From contig CAWJSJ010000002.1 in the NCBI GenBank assembly GCA_963845565.1, forward strand, positions 2,144,001 through 2,208,000: a DNA stretch of 64,000 nucleotides, given 5' to 3'. Both the position numbers and the translations under genes were made by a program. Source of the DNA: an uncultured Methylomirabilota bacterium. GTDB lineage: Bacteria > Methylomirabilota > Methylomirabilia > Methylomirabilales > 2-02-FULL-66-22. The notes beneath the pieces were generated by a model that saw only the letters and a program-made list of their open reading frames with translations, did no database searches and had not been told where the DNA came from. Positions 9,310 to 20,073 of the stretch are shown here, piece by piece; within the stretch, counting starts at the first letter, position 1; each line of letters opens with the position of its first letter.

Positions 9310-10482
9310 TCACGAGGCCGGCATCTCGCCGACCTGCACCTTGACGGACCGTTTCTCTTTCTCCCGCAGGACGATCAAATCCAGGCCCTTGCCGATGTCT
9401 GCGTCGGCAATGAGCCGCGTTAACTCCCGCGGATCCTTGATGCTCTTGCCGTCGATACTGAGGATCAAGTCTCCGGCCTTGAGGCCGGCGGCCTCGGCAG
9501 GACTCTTGGGCATGACCTGGTTGACCAGGACACCTTCACCCGAGACGCCGAAACTCTTGGCCAGCTCAGGTGTGAGCGGCTGGATTCCAATACCAAGCCA
9601 CCCGCGGGTGACTTTTCCCTTCTTGACCAAATCGTCCATCACCTTGCGGGCCAGGTTGATCGGGATCGCGAAACCGATACCCTGACCGGACGCGACGATG
9701 GCCGTGTTGATGCCGATCACCTCGCCACGGACGTTCAGGAGGGGCCCCCCGCTGTTCCCGGGGTTGATGGAGGCGTCCGTTTGAATGAAGTTCTCGTACG
9801 CGGCAATGCCGACCTCGGACCTCCCCGTGGCGCTGACGACGCCCACCGTCAGGGTATGATCCAGGCCGAACGGATTCCCGATGGCGATCGCCCACTCGCC
9901 GACCCGCAGGGCCTCTGAGTTCCCAAGGCGAGCGACGGGGAGCTCATCCTTCGCGCCGACTCGAATCACGGCCAAATCGGTCTTGGCGTCTGTCCCGACC
10001 ACCTTTCCCTTGACCTCCTGTTTGTTGGAAAAGCGGACGGTGATCTCATCGGCATCCTTGATGACGTGATTGTTGGTGAGGATCAGGCCACTCTTGTCGA
10101 TGATCACGCCGGACCCGAGGCTTGTCTGTTGGCGCCGGCGCGGCATCCCCTCGAAAAATCGGTCAAAGAAATCGCGGAAGAATGGGTCGTTTCCAAATGG
10201 GCGAAAGAGTTCGTTGGGCGTCCTCCCCTTGCCGGAGGAGACGGTGCTGATGTTGACCACGGATGGCGTGACCTGCTCCGCGACTTGGATGAACGGGTTG
10301 TCGGCACCCCCCCTGTCCGGCGACGTCGCGACGGTCGGCGCGCCCACCGGCCCGCGAGGGGATTGCCAACCGGGCGTAGCGGCCGGTTTTGTGAGAGCCG
10401 TGTGGACATAAATCCCGAGGCTGAAGAACGCCAGGGCATACACGGCGTAGGTGAAAAACCTGAACCAGCGAGAAGTCGGCAT
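9310..10482 (-). CDS. DegP/DegQ (HtrA) serine protease with a PDZ domain
   Basis: TNNHVI, TDLAVI, IQTDASINPGNSGGPL catalytic motifs and a C-terminal PDZ. Confidence 0.93.
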   Translation of the reverse strand: MPTSRWFRFFTYAVYALAFFSLGIYVHTALTKPAATPGWQSPRGPVGAPTVATSPDRGGADNPFIQVAEQVTPSVVNISTVSSGKGRTPNELFRPFGNDPFFRDFFDRFFEGMPRRRQQTSLGSGVIIDKSGLILTNNHVIKDADEITVRFSNKQEVKGKVVGTDAKTDLAVIRVGAKDELPVARLGNSEALRVGEWAIAIGNPFGLDHTLTVGVVSATGRSEVGIAAYENFIQTDASINPGNSGGPLLNVRGEVIGINTAIVASGQGIGFAIPINLARKVMDDLVKKGKVTRGWLGIGIQPLTPELAKSFGVSGEGVLVNQVMPKSPAEAAGLKAGDLILSIDGKSIKDPRELTRLIADADIGKGLDLIVLREKEKRSVKVQVGEMPAS

Positions 10483-10675
10483 GGTCCGCCGTCCTTTGGG
10501 GGACTCGTCGATTAACTAGTTGCCGTCACATTAGAAGATAGCTACGCCGGACTGTCAACAAAGATATCGAGGCGGGGGCGAGGCGCACCACGCAACAGCA
10601 AGACGGGTTGTTGGGATCCGACGCTCCGCGTGCCACCATCACCAACCAGGGACGCCGGACTTTCTTTCGATGATG

Positions 10676-10724
10676 CTTGACAGATATCGGCTCAGGTTTT
10701 ATATTGAAGTCCGTGTGATTCAAG
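10676..10724 (+). promoter_or_regulatory. Sigma70-type dnaK promoter overlapped by HAIR-like (HspR) operators
   Basis: TTGACA(10677)-N17-TATATT(10700). CTTGACA-N7-GCTCAGG and TTGAAGT-N7-ATTCAAG resemble the HAIR consensus CTTGAGT-N7-ACTCAAG. Confidence 0.65.
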
Positions 10725-10783
10725 CGCAAGATATTCATGGCTTCAATACCTATGAATTCCGCAACATAAACAGGAGGATAGCC

Positions 10784-12703
10784 GTGGGAAAGGTGATCGG
10801 GATCGACCTCGGAACGACTAACTCGGTGGTGTCCGTCATGGAAGGCGGTGACCCGGTTGTTATCACCAACACAGAAGGCGGTCGCCTGACTCCGTCCGTG
10901 GTCGCCTTCTCCAAGGACGGGGAGCGACTGGCGGGGCAAGTCGCCCGGCGCCAGGCCATCACCAACCCAGAGAACACCATCTTCTCGATCAAACGCTTCA
11001 TGGGCCGGCGGTACGACGAAGTGAGCCACGAGATCAAGCTGGTCCCATACAAGGTGGTACGGTTCGGCAACGGTGACGTCCGCGTGGAGGCCCGCGGGAA
11101 GCAATATTCGCCGCCCGAGATCTCGGCCATGATCCTTCAGAAACTGAAGGAGTCGGCCGAGGCGTACCTCGGCGAGAAGGTGACACAGGCGGTCCTCACC
11201 GTCCCGGCCTATTTCAACGATAGTCAGCGGCAGGCCACCAAGGATGCCGGTAAGATCGCGGGGCTGGAAGTTCTGCGTATCGTCAACGAGCCGACGGCGG
11301 CCTCGCTGGCCTACGGTCTGGACAAGAAGAAGGACGAGAAGATCGCCGTCTTCGATCTGGGCGGCGGCACCTTCGACATCTCCATCCTGGAGTTGGGCGA
11401 GGGAGTCTTTGAGGTCAAGTCCACCAATGGGGACACCCATCTCGGTGGCGACGACTTCGACGAGCGAGTCATGAACTGGCTGGTGGACGAGTTCAAGAAG
11501 GACCAAGGGATCGACCTGAGCAAGGACCGCATGGCCCTGCAGCGACTGAAGGAGGCGGCGGAGAAGGCGAAGTGTGAGCTGAGCACGACGCTCGAGACCG
11601 AGATCAACCTGCCGTTCGTCACGGCGGATGCCTCTGGGCCGAAGCACCTCAACCTCAAGCTGACGCGGGCGAAGCTGGAACAGTTGGTGGACGATCTGAT
11701 CCAGCGGACGATTGGTCCATGCCGCCAGGCGTTGAAGGATGCCGGGCTCAACGCCAGCCAGATCGACGAAGTGGTCCTGGTGGGCGGGCAGACCCGCATG
11801 CCCAAGGTCCAGCAGGCGGTGAAGGAGTTCTTTGGGAAGGAGCCGCACAAGGGGGTGAACCCGGACGAGGTCGTGGCCATCGGCGCTGCCATCCAGGCGG
11901 GCGTCCTGGTGGGGGACGTCAAGGATGTGGTTCTGCTCGACGTGACCCCGCTGAGCCTGGGGATCGAGACGCTGGGCGGTGTGTTGACACGCTTGATCGA
12001 ACGCAACACCACCATCCCGACGCGTAAGAGCGAGATCTTTACGACGGCCGCTGATAGCCAGACGAGCGTCGAGATCCACGTCCTGCAAGGCGAGCGCGAA
12101 ATGGCCCGGGACAACCGGACGCTGGGGAAGTTTCATCTGGTCGGTATCATGCCGGCGCCTCGGGGGATTCCACAGATCGAGGTCACCTTCGACATCGATG
12201 CCAACGGCATCGTGAACGTGTCCGCCAAGGACATGGCCACCGGCAAGGAGCAGGCGATCACCATCACGGCCTCCTCCGGTTTGTCGAAGGACGACATCGA
12301 CAAGATGGTCAAGGACGCGGATCGGCATGCCGACGAAGACAAGAAACGCCGGGCCGATATCGAGGGGCGTAACCAGGCGGACAGCCTGGTGTACAATACG
12401 GAGAAGATGCTGAACGAGAATCGGGAGAAGATTCCGGTCAGCGACATCAAGCCGATCGAGGATGCCCTGGCGGCGGCGAAGGAGGCCCTCAAGAGCGAAG
12501 ACATGGACAAGATCCGTGCGACGATGGAGACGCTCACCAAGGCCTCGCATCGCCTGGCCGAGGTGATGTATCGGCAGGCGAAGGAGAAGCAGCCCGCCGA
12601 CACCCCGACCGAAGGCGGCGAGTCTCAGCACAAACCGGGTCCGGCCGGCGAGGGTGAGGTCGTGGATGCGGAGTTCGAGGATCTCGGCAAGGGGAAGAAG
12701 TAG
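10784..12703 (+). CDS. dnaK: Chaperone DnaK (Hsp70)
   Basis: [38 protein letters not shown] start after AGGAGG. Confidence 0.98.
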   Translation: MGKVIGIDLGTTNSVVSVMEGGDPVVITNTEGGRLTPSVVAFSKDGERLAGQVARRQAITNPENTIFSIKRFMGRRYDEVSHEIKLVPYKVVRFGNGDVRVEARGKQYSPPEISAMILQKLKESAEAYLGEKVTQAVLTVPAYFNDSQRQATKDAGKIAGLEVLRIVNEPTAASLAYGLDKKKDEKIAVFDLGGGTFDISILELGEGVFEVKSTNGDTHLGGDDFDERVMNWLVDEFKKDQGIDLSKDRMALQRLKEAAEKAKCELSTTLETEINLPFVTADASGPKHLNLKLTRAKLEQLVDDLIQRTIGPCRQALKDAGLNASQIDEVVLVGGQTRMPKVQQAVKEFFGKEPHKGVNPDEVVAIGAAIQAGVLVGDVKDVVLLDVTPLSLGIETLGGVLTRLIERNTTIPTRKSEIFTTAADSQTSVEIHVLQGEREMARDNRTLGKFHLVGIMPAPRGIPQIEVTFDIDANGIVNVSAKDMATGKEQAITITASSGLSKDDIDKMVKDADRHADEDKKRRADIEGRNQADSLVYNTEKMLNENREKIPVSDIKPIEDALAAAKEALKSEDMDKIRATMETLTKASHRLAEVMYRQAKEKQPADTPTEGGESQHKPGPAGEGEVVDAEFEDLGKGKK

Positions 12704-12720
12704 CCGCAAGGGGGCGCGCT

Positions 12721-13167
12721 ATGGCGGTAGTGAAATGGGATCCGTTTCGCGACCTCGTGTCGATCCAAGATCGGATGAATAAGCTCTTCGAGCAGACCCT
12801 CTCTCGGTCGCGAGGCGAGGAGGGGGTATCGGCCACGACCTGGACGCCGTCCGTGGACATCTACGAGACGACAGATGCGATCGTCATGAAGGCGGAACTT
12901 CCGGGGGTTTCCCGGGAGGATATCCAGATCCAGCTTCACGAGAATACGCTGACGCTCAAGGGGGAGCGGCGGTTTGCCAAGGACGTGCAGGAGGAAAGTT
13001 ACCTTCGGATCGAGCGGGCCTACGGCAGCTTTCACCGCGCCTTCACCCTGCCGTCTGTGGTGCACCAGGAGACCATCCGCGCGGTGTTTCGAGATGGCGT
13101 CCTGGAGTTGACGCTGCCGAAGGCGGAGGGGGCCAAGCCGAAGCGGATTTCCATCGACGTGCGGTGA
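12721..13167 (+). CDS. Hsp20/alpha-crystallin small heat shock protein
   Basis: WDPFRDL, W.P.VDIYET, ERAYGSF.R.FTLP, DGVLELTLPK. Confidence 0.93.
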   Translation: MAVVKWDPFRDLVSIQDRMNKLFEQTLSRSRGEEGVSATTWTPSVDIYETTDAIVMKAELPGVSREDIQIQLHENTLTLKGERRFAKDVQEESYLRIERAYGSFHRAFTLPSVVHQETIRAVFRDGVLELTLPKAEGAKPKRISIDVR

Positions 13168-13247
13168 GTCCGCTGCATCGCGCGAACGGAACCCCTGCGC
13201 CCGTCCGGGCCGAGGGGTGTGGGTAAACGGATCGTCGGAGGTGCGTC

Positions 13248-13709
13248 GTGGCCGTGCAGCCGTGGCCTGGTCCCGGATGGGATCCGCTAGGGGATCTGCT
13301 GCTGATCAAGCAGGAGATGAGTCGGCTCTTCGAGACCCTCCAGAGCCAAGGCGCAGGCGGGGCGCAATCCGCCGAGGGGGCCTGGACGCCGCCGGTCGAT
13401 GTCTGCGAAACCAAGACGGATCTCCGGATTCAGGTCGAGCTTCCAGGGATTTCCGTGCGCCAGATTCGGATCGAAGTTGCGGAAGGCGTCCTGACGATTC
13501 GGGCCGAACGACCGCCCGACCCCTCGTTTCGGCGCGAGCAGATCCAGCAGATTGAGTGCCGGCACGGCGTGTTCATCCGGCGCTTGACGCTTCCGCCCCT
13601 GGTAGATCCGGACGGGATCCGGGCCACTTGTCGGGACGGCGTGCTGGAGGTTCGGTTGCCGAAGCGCGCGGAGTCTCAACCACGGCAGGTCTCCATCGAG
13701 GCCGCGTGA
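13248..13709 (+). CDS. Hsp20 family protein (second paralog)
   Basis: WTPPVDVCET, VELPG, DGVLEVRLPK. Confidence 0.88.
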   Translation: MAVQPWPGPGWDPLGDLLLIKQEMSRLFETLQSQGAGGAQSAEGAWTPPVDVCETKTDLRIQVELPGISVRQIRIEVAEGVLTIRAERPPDPSFRREQIQQIECRHGVFIRRLTLPPLVDPDGIRATCRDGVLEVRLPKRAESQPRQVSIEAA

Positions 13710-13744
13710 CGGGCGAACCGATGCGGAACTGGCGAGAGTGACGC

Positions 13745-14851
13745 ATGGCAAAGCGGGATTACTATGACGTGCTGGGCTTGACCCGGGGCGCCTCGACCCA
13801 GGAGATCAAGCGCGCCTATCGCAAGTTGGCGCGGAAATATCACCCCGACGTGAATCCCGGGGACAAGACGGCCGAGGGAAAATTCAAGGAGGTCACGGCG
13901 GCCTACGAGGTCCTCAGCGACCAGGAGAAGCGGGGCCAGTACGATCAGTTCGGCCATGACGGATACGCGCGGACTGCGGGCGGGCCGCAACCGGGGGCCG
14001 GGCCGGGTGGGTTCGATTTCAGCCGGGTGAACTACGGATCCGGTGGGTTCGGCGATCTCGGGGATTTCCTCTCCGATCTCTTCGGCGGCCAGGGCGGCGT
14101 CCGGACGGAGGGCCCGGCCGCAGGGGAGGACGTTCACTACAGCCTGGACATCAATTTCGTCGATGCTGTGCGGGGCCTCGCCACCGAGATTAGCGTGCAG
14201 AGGCACTCTCCGTGCGACGCTTGTCGCGGATCGGGGGCCAAGCCCGGGAGTTCGCTGGACGCCTGTCCCGACTGCGGTGGAAGCGGCCGTCGGGGCGGCC
14301 GTGGCCTGCGGCGAACATCCGACGCGTGTCCCCGCTGCCGCGGCAACGGCAAGATCGCCCGGGAGGCCTGCAGCAGTTGCGGCGGTCGGGGGACGACCTT
14401 CGGGACCGAGCGCATTGCGGTCAAGATCCCCGGCGGGGTGGATACGGGCTCTCGCATCCGGCTGCAGGGAAAGGGCGAACCCGGCGCGAACGGGGGTCCG
14501 CCCGGCGATCTGTACATCGTGACCCGGGTGCGCCCCCATCCGTTGTTGGAACGGAAGGGGGACAACCTCCACGTGGAGGTGCCGATCACCATCACGGAAG
14601 CGGCCCTCGGTGCGCGCATCGATGTCCCGACGATCGACGGCGTCACGACCATGCGCATCCCGCCCGAGACCAGCAGTGGGCAGATGTTCCGCCTGCGCGG
14701 AAAGGGCGTGCCGCATTTGAAGGGGGGTGGGCAGGGCGATCAGTTCGTGGGCGTCAAGATCGTGGCTCCCAAGAACCTCGACGTTCGTTCGCAGGAACTC
14801 CTGCGGGAATTCGCGCGGCTGAATCCGGAGGACCCGCGGCCCCGACACTAA
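13745..14851 (+). CDS. dnaJ: Chaperone DnaJ
   Basis: J domain with HPD, G/F region, four CxxCxGxG motifs, C-terminal domain. Confidence 0.95.
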   Translation: MAKRDYYDVLGLTRGASTQEIKRAYRKLARKYHPDVNPGDKTAEGKFKEVTAAYEVLSDQEKRGQYDQFGHDGYARTAGGPQPGAGPGGFDFSRVNYGSGGFGDLGDFLSDLFGGQGGVRTEGPAAGEDVHYSLDINFVDAVRGLATEISVQRHSPCDACRGSGAKPGSSLDACPDCGGSGRRGGRGLRRTSDACPRCRGNGKIAREACSSCGGRGTTFGTERIAVKIPGGVDTGSRIRLQGKGEPGANGGPPGDLYIVTRVRPHPLLERKGDNLHVEVPITITEAALGARIDVPTIDGVTTMRIPPETSSGQMFRLRGKGVPHLKGGGQGDQFVGVKIVAPKNLDVRSQELLREFARLNPEDPRPRH

Positions 14852-14950
14852 GGAGCCGTTACGAAATAACCTAGACATCTCTTTCTATTTCGTTACGGCT
14901 CCTTATGCCGTTTCGGAATGTCTCCGCTCAACTTATTCTTTGACAACGGC
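14852..14950 (+). mobile_element. 99-bp MITE-like element, family A, copy 1
   Basis: GGAGCCGTTACGAAAT...TTTGACAACGGC flanked by TAA/TAA. Near-identical inverted copy at 27751-27849 and a diverged copy at 54369-54468. Confidence 0.75.
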
Positions 14951-14991
14951 TAACGCGGGCGCCGGGCGCTTCGATCGGCAGGTGAGGGACG

Positions 14992-15393
14992 ATGCCAAAA
15001 ACCAGGCGGCCTCTCTATATGATCAGCGTGGTGGCCGAGATGTTCGATGTGCACCCCCAGACGCTCCGCGCCTATGAGCGGGAAGGGTTGCTCCGGCCCT
15101 CGCGGACCGACGGGAACACCCGCCTCTACTCCGAGGACGATCTGGCGCGCATCGAACTGATCCTGCGACTGACCAAGGAACTGGGGGTCAACCTTGCCGG
15201 CGTCGAGGTGATCCTCAACATGCGTGAGCGGATGGGGGAGATGCAGGGGCGTATGAATGAGATGCTCCAGGAGGTTCTCCGTCGGATGGAATCGGAGTTC
15301 AAGGAGCGGGCCCAGGGCCAGGCCCATGGCGAAGGATTGGTCCCCGTCGGACGCAAGGGGATCGTGCGGCACATTCCCGTCGAGGAAGACTGA
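14992..15393 (+). CDS. hspR: MerR-family heat-shock repressor HspR
   Basis: YMISVVAEM..VHPQTLR.YEREGLL.PSRT.GNTRLYS, LGVNLAGV. Located directly after dnaJ. Confidence 0.88.
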   Translation: MPKTRRPLYMISVVAEMFDVHPQTLRAYEREGLLRPSRTDGNTRLYSEDDLARIELILRLTKELGVNLAGVEVILNMRERMGEMQGRMNEMLQEVLRRMESEFKERAQGQAHGEGLVPVGRKGIVRHIPVEED

Positions 15394-15407
15394 GGCCGGA
15401 GGCGTCC

Positions 15408-15436
15408 TTGACAGTCCCTGATCCCTCTCGTATGCT
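15408..15436 (+). promoter_or_regulatory. Sigma70-type promoter of htpX
   Basis: TTGACA-N17-TATGCT. Confidence 0.6.
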
Positions 15437-15504
15437 CGAATCCGTTATGGACGAGTCACCCGGCCGTTGCCGACGTGAAATGAAAGAGTAAAGGAGTTAA
15501 CGCG

Positions 15505-16365
15505 ATGTCGAATTCGGTGAAGACCGCGGCCCTGTTGGCGGCGATGACCGTTCTCTTCATCCTGATCGGCGGCATGCTCGGCGGCGAGCAGGGGATGGTG
15601 GTGGCGTTTCTGTTCGCCGGCCTGATGAACTTCGCCTCGTACTGGTGGTCCGATCGGGTGGTTCTCTGGATGTACGGGGCGAAGGAAGTGAGCGAAGCCC
15701 AGGCGCCGCAGTTCCACGCCCTGGTCCGGCGTCTGGCCCAGCAGGCCGGCCTGCCCATGCCGAAGGTGTACATCATTCCCACGGACACCCCGAATGCCTT
15801 CGCCACTGGACGGAATCCCCAGCACGCCGCCGTGGCCGCCACCGAAGGCATCCTGCGCATCCTTTCCCCGGACGAGCTGGAAGGGGTCATGGCCCACGAA
15901 CTGGGTCATGTCCGCAACCGGGATATCCTGATCTCGACCATCGCCGCCACCATGGCCGGGGCCATCATGATGCTGGCCCGCATGGCGCAGTTCGCGGCCA
16001 TGTTCGGGGGCGCCCGGAATCAGGATGACGAGGAGGGCGGCGGCGGTGGTGGCATCGTCGGCATGATCCTGCTGGCGATCCTGGCCCCTCTGGCGGCGAT
16101 GTTGATCCAGATGGCCATTTCGCGGGCGCGGGAATACCTGGCGGATGCGACCGGGGCGCAGATCAGTCGAAAGCCCTGGGCGCTGGCCGACGCCCTGGAG
16201 AAGCTGGAGCGGGGTGCCACGGCGCTGCCGATGGACGCGAATCCGTCGACCGCCCATATGTTCATCGTGAATCCACTGCGCGGGTCCAGCCTGCTCAATC
16301 TGTTCTCCACCCATCCACCGGTCGAACAGCGTGTGGCGCGGCTCCGGGCCATGCGGATCGCCTAG
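15505..16365 (+). CDS. htpX: Zinc metalloprotease HtpX (M48)
   Basis: [29 protein letters not shown]. Confidence 0.95.
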   Translation: MSNSVKTAALLAAMTVLFILIGGMLGGEQGMVVAFLFAGLMNFASYWWSDRVVLWMYGAKEVSEAQAPQFHALVRRLAQQAGLPMPKVYIIPTDTPNAFATGRNPQHAAVAATEGILRILSPDELEGVMAHELGHVRNRDILISTIAATMAGAIMMLARMAQFAAMFGGARNQDDEEGGGGGGIVGMILLAILAPLAAMLIQMAISRAREYLADATGAQISRKPWALADALEKLERGATALPMDANPSTAHMFIVNPLRGSSLLNLFSTHPPVEQRVARLRAMRIA

Positions 16366-17013
16366 ATGACGACGAACCGGACGACCCAGCGGTGTCGCGC
16401 GTGGCGGACCGGCGTTGCGATCCTCGGCCTGTGTGGGGTCCTGGCCAGCTGCGCGACGACCGAGCCGCCGAAGGGGCCGGCGATCGTGCGCCCGGCGTCC
16501 CAGCAGGCGCCGGTCAACCAGGTTGTCGGCGAGGCCATCGTTGCGTCCTTGGGGGGTGCGGCGGTGACGGTGCGCTGGCTGGACGCGGCGGCCGTGGGCC
16601 ATTACTACGCGAATCGCCCGGGGTTGGTGGCTCCGTGGCCACCGGAACTGTGGCAGGAATCTCCGCCGACAATCTTCCTGGCGCGGATCCGGAACCAGAC
16701 CCGTGAGGAGGTGCAATTCGACCCGGCGGTCGTGGCGCTGGTGGCGCAGGACGGGCAGCGTGACCAGACAATTCCTTACGAGGAAATGTACATGCGCCTG
16801 GCGGATACCGACGGGGCCGCGCCGCGCTTGAGGAGCCTCCAGGCCACACTGCTGAGCCGCTTCGTGGTCATCCAGCCGGGCGGCGAGCGCGAAGGTATGT
16901 TGCTCTTTCCGAGTCTCAAGCCCGAGGCCGTTTACCTGCTACTGGAACTGCCGTCCTTCTTCGTCGGGGGGCGCCCGTTTCCCGGCCGCCTCGAATTCCA
17001 GGTCACCCACTAA
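16366..17013 (+). CDS. Hypothetical lipoprotein
   Basis: LASC lipobox. Starts immediately after the htpX stop. Confidence 0.7.
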   Translation: MTTNRTTQRCRAWRTGVAILGLCGVLASCATTEPPKGPAIVRPASQQAPVNQVVGEAIVASLGGAAVTVRWLDAAAVGHYYANRPGLVAPWPPELWQESPPTIFLARIRNQTREEVQFDPAVVALVAQDGQRDQTIPYEEMYMRLADTDGAAPRLRSLQATLLSRFVVIQPGGEREGMLLFPSLKPEAVYLLLELPSFFVGGRPFPGRLEFQVTH

Positions 17014-17050
17014 CCCGGATTGCTCCGGGAACAGCCGCATCATCCACAGA

Positions 17051-17371
17051 TTACCGCGATCCGCTCTCTCGCCGGGCGGGCTGAAGGCGGTTGAGAATCG
17101 CGGCGGCGTCGGCATCGCGGATGCGGAACAGCTTGGCGCGAGCCGTATCCCCTCGCACGATGGTGATGCGGGATTTGGCGACGTCAAGCCGTTCGGACAG
17201 GAAGGCGCGGCAGGCGGCGTTGGCGGCCCCATCCACAGGCGGCGCGGTAAGCCGCAGGACGATCCGGTCCGAGGAGAACGCGAGATGGTTTCGCGAGGCG
17301 CGGGGCTGGACGTGGATGGTCAGGAGGACATCGGGTCCCTCTTGCTTCACGAGAGGTGGGTCCAGTGTCAC
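17051..17371 (-). CDS. DUF167 (YggU/UPF0235) protein
   Basis: VQPRASRN, APPVDGAAN. Typical context. Confidence 0.88.
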   Translation of the reverse strand: MTLDPPLVKQEGPDVLLTIHVQPRASRNHLAFSSDRIVLRLTAPPVDGAANAACRAFLSERLDVAKSRITIVRGDTARAKLFRIRDADAAAILNRLQPARRESGSR

Positions 17372-17835
17372 TTGGCAGGCGCCGGCTTGTCCGGGATGGC
17401 AGCGTCCAGCAGATCCTGGTGCGTCTTGAAATGCCCGCGCAGCTTGGCGGCAAACAAATCCCGCTGCCGCCGGAGCTCGGCGACCTCTGCCTGGACCTGG
17501 CCGAGCTTCTGGTGGGCCTGCTCCAGGAGCTTTTCCGCCCGGAGTTCGGCCTCCTTGATGATCAGCTCGGCCTCCCGTTTGGCGTTTCCCTTGATCTCCT
17601 CGGTCATCTTCTGCGCGGTGACCAAGGTGTTTCGCAGCGCGTCCTCGCGCTCCTGGTGACCTTTCATCTGCGCTTCCAACCGCTGCACCAGGCTGGCCTG
17701 GTCGGTGCTCTGTTGCAAGAGCCGCGTCATCTCCTCGGCGACTTGCTCCAGAAAGGTGTGCACCTCGTCCGGGTCCAGACCGCGCAGCTTCCGACCGAAC
17801 TCCCGTTGCGTGATCTCCAAGGGGGAGAATTCCAT
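17368..17835 (-). CDS. DivIVA domain protein
   Basis: MEFSPLEITQREF..KLRGLDPDEV..FL followed by coiled coil. Confidence 0.88.
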   Translation of the reverse strand: MEFSPLEITQREFGRKLRGLDPDEVHTFLEQVAEEMTRLLQQSTDQASLVQRLEAQMKGHQEREDALRNTLVTAQKMTEEIKGNAKREAELIIKEAELRAEKLLEQAHQKLGQVQAEVAELRRQRDLFAAKLRGHFKTHQDLLDAAIPDKPAPAK

Positions 17836-18134
17836 CAGCGCATCCTCCAGGCCAGTTCTCTCAGGGAGGCCACCAGGAAGTACTGGACGAACATGACGGC
17901 CAGTATTGCCACCAGCGGCGAGAGGTCGAGACCCACGCGCCAGGTCGGCAACCGGCGGCGGATCGGGGCCAAAACGGGTTCGGTCGCCCGTTGCAGGAAC
18001 TGGACGATAGGGTTCCAGGGGTCCGGGTTGACCCACGAGAGCAATGCCCGCACGATGATGATCCAGTAGTATGCCGTGAGGATGACGTCCAACACCCCGG
18101 CGATGGCACTCAGAAAGTTGGCGAACACGAACAT
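17835..18134 (-). CDS. YggT family membrane protein
   Basis: RALLSWVNPDPWNPIV, TEPVLAPIRR, LDLSP. Confidence 0.92.
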   Translation of the reverse strand: MFVFANFLSAIAGVLDVILTAYYWIIIVRALLSWVNPDPWNPIVQFLQRATEPVLAPIRRRLPTWRVGLDLSPLVAILAVMFVQYFLVASLRELAWRMR

Positions 18135-18949
18135 CAGGGTTTTCCCAGCTCTCGCGAGCGGCGTGTGGCCGCCTCGACCGCGTTGATGAGGGCGGCGCGG
18201 ACGGCCCCCTGTTCGAGGGCGTGCAGCCCTGCAATGGTGGTCCCGCCGGGGGACGTGACCATGTCCTTGAGCTCGCCCGGATGCTTTCCGGTGTCCAGGA
18301 CCATGCGGGCAGCGCCCCGCAGGGTCTGGGCGGCGAGGGCCACGGCCGTGTCGCGCGGCAAGCCGACCTTGACCCCGGCGTCGGCGAGCGCCTCGATGAT
18401 CAGGAAGGCATACGCGGGTCCGCTGCCCGAGAGGCCGGTGACACCGTCCATCAGCGCCTCGTCCACGACGACGACCCGCCCCACGGCTTCGAACAGGTCG
18501 CGGGCGGTCTCGAGATCCTGGGGTGTGGCATGGGTCCCTCGGGCGAGAGCGCTGACGCCTTCCAGAACCAGGGCCGGCGTGTTCGGCATCACGCGGATGA
18601 CCCGGACGGGGCGAAGAAAGGCGTCGGCAAGGGTCGTGGTGGAAATGCCCGCGGCAATCGAGATGACGAGCTGCCGGTCGGCGACGACCCTGCGCAGATC
18701 GTCCAGCGCCCGGCTCATGACCTGCGGCTTGACGGCAAGGATCACCGTCTCGGCGTGTCGAGCCGCCTCGGCGTTGTCCGAGGACACGCCGATCCCATAG
18801 GTGGTCTTGAGATAGGCGAGTCGGTCGTCGCGAACGTCGGTGACGAGGATCTCCTCCGGCGGCACACGCCGCGCCGCGAGAATCCCCCGCACCAAAGCCT
18901 CCGCCATGTTGCCGCCACCGATGAACGCCAGCCGCACGCCCTGTCCCAT
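18134..18949 (-). CDS. proC: Pyrroline-5-carboxylate reductase
   Basis: FIGGGNMA, LAVKPQ, RVMPNTP, LSGSGPAY, VTSPGGTT. Confidence 0.96.
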   Translation of the reverse strand: MGQGVRLAFIGGGNMAEALVRGILAARRVPPEEILVTDVRDDRLAYLKTTYGIGVSSDNAEAARHAETVILAVKPQVMSRALDDLRRVVADRQLVISIAAGISTTTLADAFLRPVRVIRVMPNTPALVLEGVSALARGTHATPQDLETARDLFEAVGRVVVVDEALMDGVTGLSGSGPAYAFLIIEALADAGVKVGLPRDTAVALAAQTLRGAARMVLDTGKHPGELKDMVTSPGGTTIAGLHALEQGAVRAALINAVEAATRRSRELGKP

Positions 18950-19113
18950 GCCTACCTCCGTCGGGGTTTTATAGCCCCCGCGTCTGCGGAAGTCAAGCTT
19001 TTCGCCCCACCGGGACCGCTTGGGGCTTGCAGTCCGCGCCGGTCTGGGCTATACAGCCGGAGGGAACCACAAGGGATACGAGGAATGTCGATCGAGACGT
19101 GACGGAGGACCGC

Positions 19114-20037
19114 ATGGAAAAACGGCGGTGGGTGAGGCTGCGGGTGCCGGCCTCCACGGCCAACCTCGGAGCGGGGTTTGACGCGCTGGGCATGGCCCTG
19201 GGGTTGTACAACGAGATCGAACTGGAGCGCACGGGAAGCGGGGTGCGCCTGGAAATCGAGGGTGAGGGCGCCGATCGGTTGCAGGCGCTCGGTACGCAGA
19301 ACCTGGTGGCACGGGCGGTCACGAGCACGCTGACGTACCTGGGAGACCCGTCGGACGGGCTTCGGGTGCGCATGCTCAACCGGATCCCGCTGAGTCGCGG
19401 TCTGGGCAGCAGTTCGGCGGCGGTCCTGGGGGGTGCAGCCGCTGCCGCGGCGCTGGCCGGGGTCTCGCTACCTCCGGAAGAACTGCTCGATCTTGCCCTG
19501 CCGCTGGAAGGCCATCCGGACAACATCGCGCCGGCGCTGCTGGGCGGCCTGACGGTGGCGACGCTGGTGGGGGGAAAGGTGCGCTGCGTCAAGCTGCCGG
19601 TTCCCGAGTTGTTGCAGGTCGTCGCCGTGATTCCGGATTTCCGCCTGCCGACCGTCAAGGCCCGGCAGGCCCTGCCCCCGACGGTGCCGCGGAGCGACGC
19701 GATCTTCAACATCGGGCGCGTGGCGCTGTTCCTGGCCGCCATGCAGATGGGCCGCCTGGATCTCTTGCGCGAGGGGGTCAAGGACCGGCTGCACCAGCCC
19801 TACCGGGCGCCCCTGGTCCCCGGCATGCCCGAGGTCCTGGCCGAGGGGGAACGCGCCGGGGCACTGGCATGTTTCCTGAGCGGGGCGGGGCCGACATTGT
19901 TGGCGTTGGCGGCCGGAGATCCCGGGGAGATCGGCGCGCGGATGGTGCGCTGCTGGCGCGAGCAAGCGGGCGTGTCGGCACGGGCGGAAGTTCTGGCGAT
20001 CGACCGGCAGGGCACCCGAGTGGAGGAGGAGCGGTGA
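19114..20037 (+). CDS. thrB: Homoserine kinase
   Basis: VPASTANLGAGFD, IPLSRGLGSS, EGHPDN, DRLHQPYR, SGAGPT. Confidence 0.95.
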   Translation: MEKRRWVRLRVPASTANLGAGFDALGMALGLYNEIELERTGSGVRLEIEGEGADRLQALGTQNLVARAVTSTLTYLGDPSDGLRVRMLNRIPLSRGLGSSSAAVLGGAAAAAALAGVSLPPEELLDLALPLEGHPDNIAPALLGGLTVATLVGGKVRCVKLPVPELLQVVAVIPDFRLPTVKARQALPPTVPRSDAIFNIGRVALFLAAMQMGRLDLLREGVKDRLHQPYRAPLVPGMPEVLAEGERAGALACFLSGAGPTLLALAAGDPGEIGARMVRCWREQAGVSARAEVLAIDRQGTRVEEER

Positions 20038-20073
20038 GCGCTCGGCCGATGGAGTGATCGGGAGGCTCCCGCG

